Source: Vicinamibacterales bacterium (GTDB taxonomy: Bacteria > Acidobacteriota > Vicinamibacteria > Vicinamibacterales > UBA8438). From it: DNA of 64,000 bases. Below are positions 1 to 9,986 of this stretch, piece by piece. The position numbers and the translations under genes were made by a program. Positions within the stretch are counted from its first letter, which is position 1. Every line of letters starts with the position of its first letter. Location: positions 1,787,107 to 1,851,106 of the forward strand of contig OZ240205.1 in the NCBI GenBank assembly GCA_965197395.1. The letters are read 5' to 3'. The notes beneath the pieces are model-generated. The model saw only the letters and a program-made list of their open reading frames with translations, did no database searches and was not told the DNA's origin.

Positions 1-135
1 CCAGTCGCGGCGCAATCGACGTGCCGCCGTGCGATTCTTCCGCAAGTTGTTGAAGCGCCAAGGCCGCGTGCCACGCCAGTGCTCCGCTCGCGCGCGTTCG
101 CTGACTGGGATGCTGCGACGTGTCCATGCTGAACC
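1..135 (+). pseudogene. IS6-family transposase remnant, internally deleted and frame-broken
   Basis: One frame reads RRNRRAAVRFFRKLLKRQGRVPRQ, matching the RR-x3-AA-x-RFFRK-x-LK...PR block of IS6/IS26-type transposases. It then jumps to a C-terminal-like FADWDAATC followed by a stop. Far too short for a transposase, and no IR was seen. Confidence 0.35.
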
Positions 136-236
136 GACCGCGGCATCGTCGCTCAGGATGAAGTTCGAGTCGACGGCGTTAAGTTGACAAAGCCTTTATC
201 GGTGAGTGCCGCGAACGAACGACGGCGTGTGGTCCA

Positions 237-659
237 CTAGCTCACCAAGCTGACCAGATCGGATCCCGGCTCACCGTGGGTCAGGCGCTTCCGCCGAGCC
301 GCCGCGAGTTCGCGTAGGCGTGCGAAGACATCCTTGATTTCGTCCACATCCCGCCGGAGCCCGTCAACGGTGGAGGCGGTCTCTCTGACCTGCTCGACCT
401 CCTGACGAAGCGCCCTGACGTCAGCCATGATGTCTCTGGCCAATTCGACGAGTTGCTCCTGCGCGTGGAGGACGGGAAGCTGGGGTCGCTGAGCGCATTC
501 AACGATGTCGGCCTCATCCTGACCGTCGTCGTTCCCTCGTTGCTCAACGGTGCCCAGCCACGCTTCCACGTCCGCGAGGAGCGGAGAGCGGCAGCCTCCT
601 GTCTCCGCCGAGTGCGGCTGTTCAGCGTGCTCGACCTCAGCAACGACCGCGTTCGACAT
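237..659 (-). CDS. hypothetical acidic coiled-coil protein
   Basis: 140-aa ORF with heptad-like charged C-terminal half (LRQEVEQVRETASTVDGLRRDVDEIKDVFARLRELAAARRK). No recognisable family. Confidence 0.3.
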   Translation of the reverse strand: MSNAVVAEVEHAEQPHSAETGGCRSPLLADVEAWLGTVEQRGNDDGQDEADIVECAQRPQLPVLHAQEQLVELARDIMADVRALRQEVEQVRETASTVDGLRRDVDEIKDVFARLRELAAARRKRLTHGEPGSDLVSLVS

Positions 660-974
660 TCCTTGCCTCCGTCAGGTGGCTAGACGACCTCGCCGCGACA
701 CCAGGTCTCAGGCCGCGCACCGGCTCGGGAACCGGACCACCCCTGGATTGCAAGGTCACTGCCAAAGATTCGACATAGCTGCTGGACCCCGTTGGAACGT
801 GAGTTGTCATGTACGCCGGTGAGCCTGCCTCGGAAAGGCATCGCAGGTGTTGTGCTACTTCGGGACACCTGGCGCCGAATCCGTGAGACGCGGGACACAT
901 CTCTCGGCGTGGTCCATCGCTCGATGGCGTCCCCGTATAATCGGAGCTGTTCTGCGCGACTGACCGGACAGCAC

Positions 975-1133
975 ATGGCCCTGACGCCCAACGTTCAACT
1001 TGGCGTCTACGAGGTGTCGTCCCTCCTCGGTCAAGGGGCATGGGTGAGGTGTGGCCTGCCCATGACACCCCGCTCAATCGCGACGTCGCGCTGATAGTGA
1101 ATCCGGGGAATGCGGCCGGGGCATTCAGGTAGG
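975..1133 (+). pseudogene. Ser/Thr protein kinase N-terminal fragment (frameshifted, truncated)
   Basis: LGVYEVSSLLGQG in one frame continues in another frame as GMGEVWPAHDTPLNRDVALIV. This is the G-loop plus VAxK strand of a Hanks kinase. A stop follows shortly after and no catalytic loop is present. Confidence 0.4.
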
Positions 1134-1228
1134 TCAGACCAAGAACTGTGAGTCGGTCGATCCTACTACGCGAGAAAACACGCGCCGAATGCGCTGTGGC
1201 GCGACGAAACCGCAAAGCAGCGGTCTAC

Positions 1229-1257
1229 TTGACAGCGAGGATGAACGTAACTACTCT
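1229..1257 (+). promoter_or_regulatory. sigma-70-like promoter candidate upstream of the ArsR-family gene
   Basis: TTGACA (1229-1234), 17-nt spacer, TACTCT (1252-1257), 60 nt upstream of the GTG start at 1317. Lies in a locally AT-richer patch. Confidence 0.35.
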
Positions 1258-1316
1258 TTGAAAAGTATCGAATTGACTGAGACGGGGCCAACGTTGGCCA
1301 TTGCGGCAGCAGACCC

Positions 1317-1622
1317 GTGGCGCCTTTCAACACCAAGCGGCTTGCCAAGATCATGAAGGCGTTGGCCAGCGAGCATCGCCTGGCTCTCTATCTGGGTATT
1401 GCGGAGAACTCAGCATCCGGTTTCGAGGCCCCGACCTGCCGTGTCAGCCAGATCGTGAAGGCGTTCAGGCTCACCCCGCCCACCATCTGCCATCACCTGA
1501 AAGAACTCGCCAATGCCGATCTCATCGTCACGGAGAGGCAGGGGAAATACTTGGTGGCGAAGGTCAACAAGGACGCCCTCGCTGAAGTGGAAGAGGTGCT
1601 TGCGCTCGTCAAGAGCGGCTGA
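1317..1622 (+). CDS. ArsR/SmtB-family transcriptional regulator
   Basis: 101 aa. KALASEHRLALYL ... VSQIVKAFRLTPPTICHHLKELANADLIVTERQGKYLVAKV is the ArsR winged-HTH signature. Confidence 0.85.
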   Translation: MAPFNTKRLAKIMKALASEHRLALYLGIAENSASGFEAPTCRVSQIVKAFRLTPPTICHHLKELANADLIVTERQGKYLVAKVNKDALAEVEEVLALVKSG

Positions 1623-1632
1623 GCGTTTTTTT
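1603..1632 (+). terminator. Rho-independent terminator candidate
   Basis: CGCTC ... GAGCG stem spanning the stop codon, followed by a T7 run (1626-1632). Confidence 0.4.
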
Positions 1633-1944
1633 GGACCAATCGATTAGACATTTTTCAAATCGTGAAACTGATCGCAACGAGGGTTTGACATGACACTCCA
1701 GACGTTTCGGAATCTGACCGCGACCATTCCCGAACTGACGCTGCGCAGGGCGCTCACACTTGCGTTGTCGGTCGAGCGGCCCACATCACCCGAGGGCTAT
1801 GCACGCTTCTACGGACGTGTGTTGGCGGTACTCGGCGTCACCCGGGGCCCCGATGGCGATCCGGCAGCGCACCATGTCCCGGCGTGTATCACCGCAGGAC
1901 GGACTCAGGAGGGGGAAGGGATGACATCGAAGGCCGTCGCGGTG

Positions 1945-2483
1945 GTCTGCTGACCCTGAGGGACCTCACCGCGGCCGAGAAGGCTGCCTACGATGCCCCG
2001 TTCCCGGACGAGACCTACTGCGCTGGGCCGCGCCAGATGCCACAGAACGTCGCTGACCAGCTTGCTGAGAATCATGTTGCCTGGACAAGTGACCTCGAGC
2101 ACTGGGAACACCCCGTTCCCACGCTGTTCAGCGACAAGGACCCGTTCCTTGCCGGGCAGGGCCTCGACAAGGAACTCCAGGAGCGGTTCCCCGGCGCTCG
2201 AGGCCAGCCCCACAGCACGATCGCCAACGCCTCTCACTTCCTGCAGGAAGACCAGACGGCCGAGCTGTGCGAGCGCATCACCGCCTGGTTCGCCCTCACA
2301 GGGTTCACCGACGAGGCATTGGCCTACGCACGAACCGGTCTTGGACCTGCCCGACCTGTATCTGACGAGGAAGAGCCGGACCAGTGGGGTGAAGCTCTCT
2401 CCGCTGACGGAATAAAGCCGGCCGCGCCCCAGTCTATCTCTGTGCGGCCATTGGCTGGAGGCAGTCGCCAGCGACCGAACTGA
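1945..2483 (+). pseudogene. haloalkane dehalogenase (alpha/beta hydrolase), C-terminal half only
   Basis: LTAAEKAAYDAPFPDETYCAGPRQMPQNV ... ANASHFLQEDQTAELCERITAWF matches the cap domain and catalytic-His region of DhlA-type dehalogenases. The N-terminal nucleophile half is absent. Confidence 0.6.
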
Positions 2484-2491
2484 GCACAAAA

Positions 2492-3202
2492 ATGCGCGTG
2501 ATGCCGATCCTGATTACCGCCGTGGGGCTGGCCGCTTCCCCAGTTGGGGCCGGTGCCGAGCGAGTGCATGCCCAGGACCCTGAAGGCGAGAGCGCCATCC
2601 AAGGGGTGTGGGTGCTGAACGACGAACTTAGCGACGAACCACGGCCGGCGCTTGGAAGCAATAGTGAACGGGGTCAGGGGAGACGAGGACCGGCGGCGCG
2701 CGGCGGCCGCGGCCCGGGCGGGGGCGGTGTTGGCGGAGTCGGCGGCGGCCGGGGTGGTGGCCGCAGAGGCGGTGACCGCGGGGGTCGAGGCCGAGGCGGA
2801 AACCGACCTGACCCAGAGGACATGGCCGAGATGCGGGAGGCCATGCAGTCGGCGATGAAGGACCTGATGACGGCTGCACGGCGATTGACGATCGTGGAAA
2901 CGGAACGTGAAGTGCTCCTGACCTACGACGATGGACGTGTCGTTCGGCTCATCCCTGATGACCGTGAGCACGCCGGGATCGCTGGGCATTCCATGCAGGT
3001 GATACGCCGAACGAAGTGGAACGGCGAGACCCTGGTGACGCGGATCGAGCTGCAGTCACGTATGACGCTCCAGATCGAGCGCACGTATAACGTGCGTCTC
3101 GAGGGGCAGCAGTTGGTCATCGTGTCGACGTTCGACGGCGAACGGTTTCGGACCGACGAGGATCGTGAGCTCCGGCACATCTACGACCGTGAAGCGCGCT
3201 AG
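2492..3202 (+). CDS. secreted hypothetical protein with an RGG-rich low-complexity linker
   Basis: Signal-peptide-like N-terminus (MRVMPILITAVGLAASPVGAGA), a Gly/Arg tract, then a structured C-terminal domain. Confidence 0.6.
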   Translation: MRVMPILITAVGLAASPVGAGAERVHAQDPEGESAIQGVWVLNDELSDEPRPALGSNSERGQGRRGPAARGGRGPGGGGVGGVGGGRGGGRRGGDRGGRGRGGNRPDPEDMAEMREAMQSAMKDLMTAARRLTIVETEREVLLTYDDGRVVRLIPDDREHAGIAGHSMQVIRRTKWNGETLVTRIELQSRMTLQIERTYNVRLEGQQLVIVSTFDGERFRTDEDRELRHIYDREAR

Positions 3203-3263
3203 GCGATACTGCCGGCGGGACGACCCGCCGGCTGTCTCGGGTCTGTCACGATAGGATGAAGCT

Positions 3264-4802
3264 ATGTCTGTTCATGTCCAGCCTGGTACCCTCGCCTGCG
3301 TCATCGCTGTGGCGCTGGGCGTGCAGAATCTCGTGCACGCGCAGCGGCCCATCCGCAACTTCGAGTACGACGCGCCGTCGGTGGGCGACGTCATGCCCGA
3401 CACGGTGGTCTACGACCGCGACGGCATCGGGCGCCGGCTGCGGAACCTCGTGGTCGGACACCCCACGGTCCTCATCCTCGGCTGTCTTACCTGACCCCCC
3501 TTCCTCAACAACGTCTCCCGGGTGGAGACGATCGCACGCGACTACGCCCCAAGGGGTGTTCGGTTCTATTACCTCTACAAGCAGCTCGCGCATCCCGAGC
3601 TCAGCAACTACGTCGACCCCTTCACGCTCGACGAGCGCCTGATGCACGTCAGACAGGCAGAGGTGCAGCTCGGCTCTCGTATTCCGTGGATCGCCGATGC
3701 GATGACGAACGACCTCAAGCACGCACTAGGCGACATGCCGAACGCGGAGTTCATCATCGACCCCGACGGGGTAGTCGTCGGGCGCCGGGCGTGGAGTAAC
3801 CCGCTGGCCCTGCGCGCGGACCTCGAGCGGCTGATCGGTCCCGTAGAGACCCCAACCCTCGTGGCCGATCTCGATCTCGTGACAACGCCGCCGGTCGTCA
3901 CCGTCGCGAGAGGGATCGTCCCGCGCGTGGTGCCACCAGGGCGGATGACGACGCTGCAGATCGAGCCGCGACTCGACGAGTCCGAACTCCCGTTCTACAC
4001 GAAACTGCGGGCTGAGGTGGACCAGACATTCTTAGAGACGGGTGCGGGTACGCTGTACCTCGGCTTTCACATCGACCCGCTCTATCGGATGCATTGGAAC
4101 AACGACGCGCCGCCGCTCGAATACGCGATCACGGCTCCGCCGGGGGTTCGCGTCACCCCGGCTTACGGCCGGTTCGCCGACGTCGAGGAAGCGGCGGACG
4201 CCGATCCGCGCGAGTTTCTCGTCGAGATCACCGCCGAGGACCGTAGCGCGCCCTTGGACCTGTCGGTCACCTATTACGCCTGTGACGACGCACTGACCTT
4301 TTGCGTCCCGGTTACCCAGGGCTACACCGTGCGGCTGGCGCCCGACCCGGACGCGGGCCGCGTTCGCCGCGCGGGAATGCGCGGACTCGGGCGCAGGGGA
4401 GGTGGCCGTCGCGGCTTCGGCGGTTCTCCGCTCGAGCGCATTCGGGTCTGGGACCAGAACGGGGACGGCATCATCACACGGGACGAAGCCCCCGAGGCGC
4501 TGACGGGCCGCTTCGACCAGATGGACACCAATGCCGACGGGCTGCTCGAAGAGGACGAGCTGCAAAACGAGCTGCGAAACATGCGGGCGGTGATGCGCGG
4601 CGGCGGGGGGCCGCTCGGTGGCGGCGATCCGGTTGTCCGGCTGCTTCAGTTCGATCTCGACGGAGACGGCCGGGTGACCCGTGGGGAGGTCCCGGATCGG
4701 ATGGGTCGGATCCTAGACCGGTTCGACACGAACGGCGACGACGTCCTCGACGAGCGCGAGCTCCAGGTCATGGCCGATCAAGTACGGCGGCGGCCGCGCT
4801 GA
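3264..4802 (+). CDS. probable selenoprotein: secreted deiodinase-like thioredoxin-fold domain (TGA 3492-3494 read as Sec), DsbD_N-like domain and four EF-hands
   Basis: ORFs 3264..3494 and 3522..4802 share one frame and are separated only by the TGA. The junction GCLT-TGA-PPF...FYYLYKQLAHPE mirrors the deiodinase active site FGSCT-Sec-PPF...IYIEEAHP. A signal peptide lies at the N-terminus. The motif YYACDDALTFCVP resembles DsbD_N. Four D-x-[DN]-x-D-G loops are present (DQNGDG, DTNADG, DLDGDG, DTNGDD). Confidence 0.6.
3512..3530 (+). promoter_or_regulatory. bacterial SECIS-like hairpin
   Basis: Perfect 7-bp stem CGTCTCC/GGAGACG with apical loop CGGGT (contains GGU). It starts 17 nt after the in-frame TGA. 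Confidence 0.5.
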
Positions 4803-4908
4803 GCCGCGACTCTCGTGATTCAACACGGTGACGCAGTATGTGGTCGGCGAGTAACGTTCCGGGCTGCCCGGCGCCATGATGGGCAACTTCTACAACCATG
4901 ACTATTTC

Positions 4909-5125
4909 GGTTCCTCTCAGGGATCGTGCAGCTTTGGCCGGTTCCATGGCTAATAAGTCAAGCATTGTCATCGACTTACGTGGCTGGAGAACACCGTCTG
5001 TATCTGGAGAGGAACTGCAGGCTCTCGGAAAGTCCGGCCCACGGTACACGGCGGAAATCGCGAGGGGCCTGCCAGTGCCAAGGGGCTGAACAGTCAGCGA
5101 GGGTTCGGCCCAGCGGTAAAACGTC
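4909..5125 (+). mobile_element. truncated copy (first ~217 bp) of the 474-bp MITE-2 element
   Basis: Starts with the same terminus GGTTCCTCTCAGGGATCG as the full copies at 11323 and 42853 (reverse). It is collinear with them up to ...CAGCGGTAAAACGTC and then diverges. Confidence 0.7.
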
Positions 5126-5144
5126 AGACGCGCGGCTACGTGGT

Positions 5145-5219
5145 GATTCTCCTCGAGATGTCTACGACACCCGGATCATTCCGCTGGATGGCCGGCCGCG
5201 TGCGGTCATGACGACGTGA
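5145..5219 (+). pseudogene. short fragment of the expanded secreted family
   Basis: Reads DSPRDVYDTRIIPLDGRPRAVMTT-stop. (V/T)xxxRIIPLDGRPH is a family motif seen in the intact paralogues. Confidence 0.4.
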
Positions 5220-5267
5220 CCGTCCTCAGCGAAGGGCGGATGGGACAGGTCTAGCCGGCCTGCGCTC

Positions 5268-6041
5268 ATGCCCGACCGACTTCAGCTCGCAAGGAATTGG
5301 CTCCCACGATACACGGGGATGCCCCTTGACCGGTTCGGCGATCACATCCTGCTGACTAACTTCCGCTATCACGTGGACACGTTCACAGAGACGTTCGGCT
5401 GTGAACGGTTTGGCGAAGACAAGCCGATGCAGGCGGCGACGAACGACCTGGGGCTCACGATCATCAATTTCGGGATTGGGTCCGCAAACGCGGCAACGAT
5501 CATGGACCTGCTGAGCGCCTGCCAACCCAAGGGTGTCCTGTTCCTCGGGAAGTGCGGCGGGCTCAAGAGATCCACCGAGATCGGCCATTTCATCCTGCCG
5601 ATCGCGGCCATTCGTGGTGAGGGGACGAGCGACGATTATTTCCCGCCCGAAGTGCCGGCGCTGCCCTCGTTCAAACTCCACAAGTTCGTTTCCCAGAAGG
5701 TCGCCGAGCACGGATATGACTATCGTACCGGTGTCGTGTACACAACGAATCGACGCGTCTGGGAGCACGACAACGACTTCGTAGCTCGGCTCAAAGCGAT
5801 GACCTGTATCGCCATCGACATGGAGACCGCCACGATCTTTATCGTCGGACATCGGAACGAGATCGCTCGTGGCGCACTCCTGTTGGTTTCAGACTTGCCG
5901 ACGACGCCGGAGGGGGTCACGACTGAGGAGTCGGACAAGCGGTTTATCCAGGAATGGTCTCAGATCCACCTTCAGATGGGAATCGAGGCGATGACCGAGA
6001 TCGATGAACGCGGCGAGAAGATTAAGCACTTCAAGTACTGA
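5268..6041 (+). CDS. amn: AMP nucleosidase (short form, PNP/UDP phosphorylase fold)
   Basis: 257 aa. FGIGSANAATIMDLL, FLGKCGGL, IAIDMETATIF and the C-terminal KIKHFKY are typical of AMP nucleosidase catalytic domains. Confidence 0.75.
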   Translation: MPDRLQLARNWLPRYTGMPLDRFGDHILLTNFRYHVDTFTETFGCERFGEDKPMQAATNDLGLTIINFGIGSANAATIMDLLSACQPKGVLFLGKCGGLKRSTEIGHFILPIAAIRGEGTSDDYFPPEVPALPSFKLHKFVSQKVAEHGYDYRTGVVYTTNRRVWEHDNDFVARLKAMTCIAIDMETATIFIVGHRNEIARGALLLVSDLPTTPEGVTTEESDKRFIQEWSQIHLQMGIEAMTEIDERGEKIKHFKY

Positions 6042-6360
6042 GCCGTCCGACACAGCGCCCCAAAGCGGCCACCTGTTCTGGATCGCTGTGTTGCTGACCC
6101 TCTGGGTGTTTCCCCCGGTGGTCAACATCGGCTTCACACGGAGTTGGGGGACGAAGCCCCGAACGGTGATCGCAGCTCTGGCCGCGGTGGCCATCGTCAC
6201 TGGGCTCGCGCTGTACGGAAACTGGTGGGCGCCGCCGCTGGAAGTGTTGCTGCTGGTCTGGATGATCTATACGTTCGGCCATCTGGGCCGGCTGAGGGGG
6301 CCCCGGCCGCTGTCCCTCCAGTCCGCTCGTTGCACACCGCCTGCCTCTCCGAGGCCGTGA
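6004..6360 (+). CDS. small membrane protein, start uncertain
   Basis: Three hydrophobic segments (FWIAVLLTLWVFPPVV, VIAALAAVAIVTGLALYG, LEVLLLVWMIYTF). The listed start overlaps amn, so the real start is probably downstream. Confidence 0.25.
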   Translation: MNAARRLSTSSTEPSDTAPQSGHLFWIAVLLTLWVFPPVVNIGFTRSWGTKPRTVIAALAAVAIVTGLALYGNWWAPPLEVLLLVWMIYTFGHLGRLRGPRPLSLQSARCTPPASPRP

Positions 6361-6706
6361 TCCGCCCCGGGCGGTGGCATAATACGCCCCAGTTGCTACC
6401 CCACCGGAGGGACCCTGCGCTGATCTGTGTCGGCGTGCGGTCCGACTCGTTCACGCGACGCAGCAAACGGGGTCTCATGCGGACAGGACGCGCGAAGACG
6501 GTGTCTCGATCCCATACGGCATTGAAGCCCACCAAGACCACGACGCGCCGGCCGGGGCAACGCCTCGAAAACTTCGAGCATGCGGACGTGGTCGCACACG
6601 CTCGGCAGGCACGGCGCAACCGGCGTCCGATCTGGACCAACCCGTTCACGAGGGAACGCGCCGCGCTGTGGCGGAAATCCTGGCGAGGACCACGCGTGGC
6701 CGAGTG

Positions 6707-7015
6707 ATGCAGCTTGATGAACGTGTCGTCGGCGATGTGACCGTGTTGGCGCCGTCCGGCCGGATGACGCGGGACGAGAACTTTGGCGCGGTGAAGCGTC
6801 GCGTCGAGGCGCTGGTCGACGCGGGTCAGCGCAAGCTGGTGCTGGACTTGGGGGCGGTGTCGTATATGGACAGCACGTGTCTCGGCGAGATCGTCAGCGG
6901 GTTCGTGACCATGCGGAAGCAGGGGGGCACCCTGCATCTGGCGAACCTCACGGAGCGGGTCGCGCGGCTGATGACGATTGCCCAGTTGACGAAGGTGTTC
7001 CGGCTATTCGGCTGA
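6707..7015 (+). CDS. STAS-domain anti-sigma-factor antagonist; its stop codon is supplied by the IS3 element
   Basis: VVGDVTVLAPSGRM..., KLVLDLGAVSYMDSTCLGEIV and LANLTERVARLMTIAQLTKVF form the SpoIIAA/RsbV-like pattern. The TGA at 7013-7015 is the first three bases of the IS inverted repeat. Confidence 0.75.
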   Translation: MQLDERVVGDVTVLAPSGRMTRDENFGAVKRRVEALVDAGQRKLVLDLGAVSYMDSTCLGEIVSGFVTMRKQGGTLHLANLTERVARLMTIAQLTKVFRLFG

Positions 7016-7054
7016 ATCGCCCCGGGTTTCCCGGAGGCTCCATATCTTGGGAGG

Positions 7055-8292
<1,238 letters not shown>

Positions 8293-8456
8293 TGAGCTCT
8301 CCGGAGAACCCGGGGCGATTCAGGAGGCGGTCTTGAGCCTGGCGCCGGGACAGCGTGACAGCTAACGCGGATCGTCGCGGACGCAGGTCGGCCCAATCAG
8401 CCCAGCGGCAGCCGGTAGGGTGACCGCTAGAAGCGCCACATGAGGGGAGTTTCAAC

Positions 8457-9176
8457 TTAGCGTGACCCTTGCGCTGCCGCCTGCTCTTCTGCCCGCGTTC
8501 CGCCCAGCATGACCGCCATGCTGTAGTTCCCTTCGTGACAGGCGTACTCGAAGATCGGCTCCGGGTTCAGCACCATCGGCACCGACGCGGTCCACGGGCG
8601 TGTCCACATCTCGGGATCGAGCACCGTGAACTCGTAGACCAGCGTCTCGGCGTCCACGCGGGTGAGGCGCTCGACCAGCTGCATGCTTTCGGTCGTGCCA
8701 CGCCACCGCCGCTTGGCGGCGAAGTTGCGGGTCTCGATTACGAGGGTGTCGCCCTCCCAATGCCCGCGAGAGTCCCCCGACCATTGGCGGATGTCTTGAT
8801 CAAGCCCGGGACCCGCGCCGAGCGGGACGATGCGAGCCGTATGCACCATCTCGGTCACCAGCACGACGTGGTCTGGCGTCTGGGGCGCCCTGCTCCCACA
8901 GGCGAGCATCGCGGTCCACGGCTTCTTGGTCGAGATTCGCCGCGTCCTCCTCCGTCAAGAACTCCTGGTCGCCCAGATCCTCCGGTCGTTGCATGGGCGT
9001 AATGGTGCGGAGTCCCAGACACCCTGCAGGTCCGGCTGACCCCACGACGTCCGAGGAGCGGTCTGGGCCGCACCGGGAATGGCCGACAGCGCCACGACCG
9101 CGATCAATGCACACACCGTCGCGAGACATCGATGGCTCATGTGACCCTCCTCTCGCTCTCTCAGCTCTCGGTCCAC
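8457..9176 (-). pseudogene. degraded member of the expanded secreted family (frameshifts plus internal deletion)
   Basis: N-terminus (signal peptide, TSWGQPDLQGVWD), middle (TITPMQRPEDLGDQEFLTEEDAA) and C-terminus (EMVHTARIVPL ... WEGDTLVIETRNF ... FEYACHEGNY) lie in three different frames. The DPPDGRIPP / ERC segment is missing. Confidence 0.7.
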
Positions 9177-9389
9177 GCACGCTCATGATGGACCCCCAGG
9201 CAAACTACCTGCAAGGATTACCCACTCCTCGTACTTCTCAGCACTCCGTAAGCCCGACTTGGGGCGAGTGCCCGAACCGGTGGAGAGTTCTCGATGTTCT
9301 GTAGAATGAGCCGACAGTCGACGTCACCATGCCTGAACGGGTGAGCCGCGCCATCGCCGGAGCCGTCGCGACGCTCGTCATCGCCTGCA

Positions 9390-9917
9390 GACAATGCGGT
9401 TCGGGATCTGCTGGACCTGGAGGTCGACGTGACCGAGCTGCTGCCGGCCGACGGCGCGAGCTACGGGTTCGACAACGTCGCCGGTGTGCTCGGTGTCTCC
9501 CCGACGCTACTCGAACGGTACTTGGGCGCGGCGCGAAAGATTAGTCGGATTGCGGTGGGCAGACCGGTGCCGTCGGCCGCCACGGAAACGTTTCGTGTGA
9601 CCAATGATCTCTCGCAAGATGATTGGGTCGCGGGCATGCCGTTCGGCACGAGGGGTGGGGCAACCTTTCGGTACAACTTTCCACAGGACGGGGAGTACGT
9701 CGTGAGGGTGTCGCTGGCGCGGGGTACCGGTGGTCAGCTCGCCACATTCGATGTTCCGCATGCTCTCGAAGTCAGTCTCGATAACGACATCGTTCTGGTC
9801 GCCGGCGGGGCTGAAGTGGATGGTCACTCGGATGCCGGCTTTACACCGCTCATGTTTGCGGCGCGGCTCGGGCATATCGACACGGTGGACGCGTTGCTGG
9901 ATGCAGGGGCAGATATT
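9390..9917 (+). pseudogene. chimeric remnant: DUF1587-like N-terminal segment joined to an ankyrin repeat, then cut by the ISL3 element
   Basis: DNAVRDLLDLEVDVTELLPADGASYGFDNVAGVLGVSPTLLERYLGAARKISRIAVG is the DUF1587/PSD-type block. It is followed by GFTPLMFAARLGHIDTVDALLDAGADI (ankyrin). The frame continues after the IS at 12212 (HQTLPDGTGPL...). Confidence 0.5.
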
Positions 9918-9986
9918 GGCTATATCCGAATTTCCCAACTAACGAAATGCGCTGATGATGCTGGTGCATAGGCATTCTGACGTCGC

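Noticed and set aside
2650-2800. GGC/GGT-rich repetitive stretch (possible tandem repeat)
   Set aside because: It lies inside a convincing ORF and encodes an RGG low-complexity linker. There is no regular repeat unit or spacer structure.
3264-3494. Treating 3264..3494 and 3522..4802 as two independent genes
   Set aside because: The split falls exactly at the catalytic residue of a single thioredoxin-like fold, the two parts share a frame, and a SECIS-like hairpin follows the TGA. Read-through, or alternatively pseudogenisation of one gene, explains the data better than two genes.
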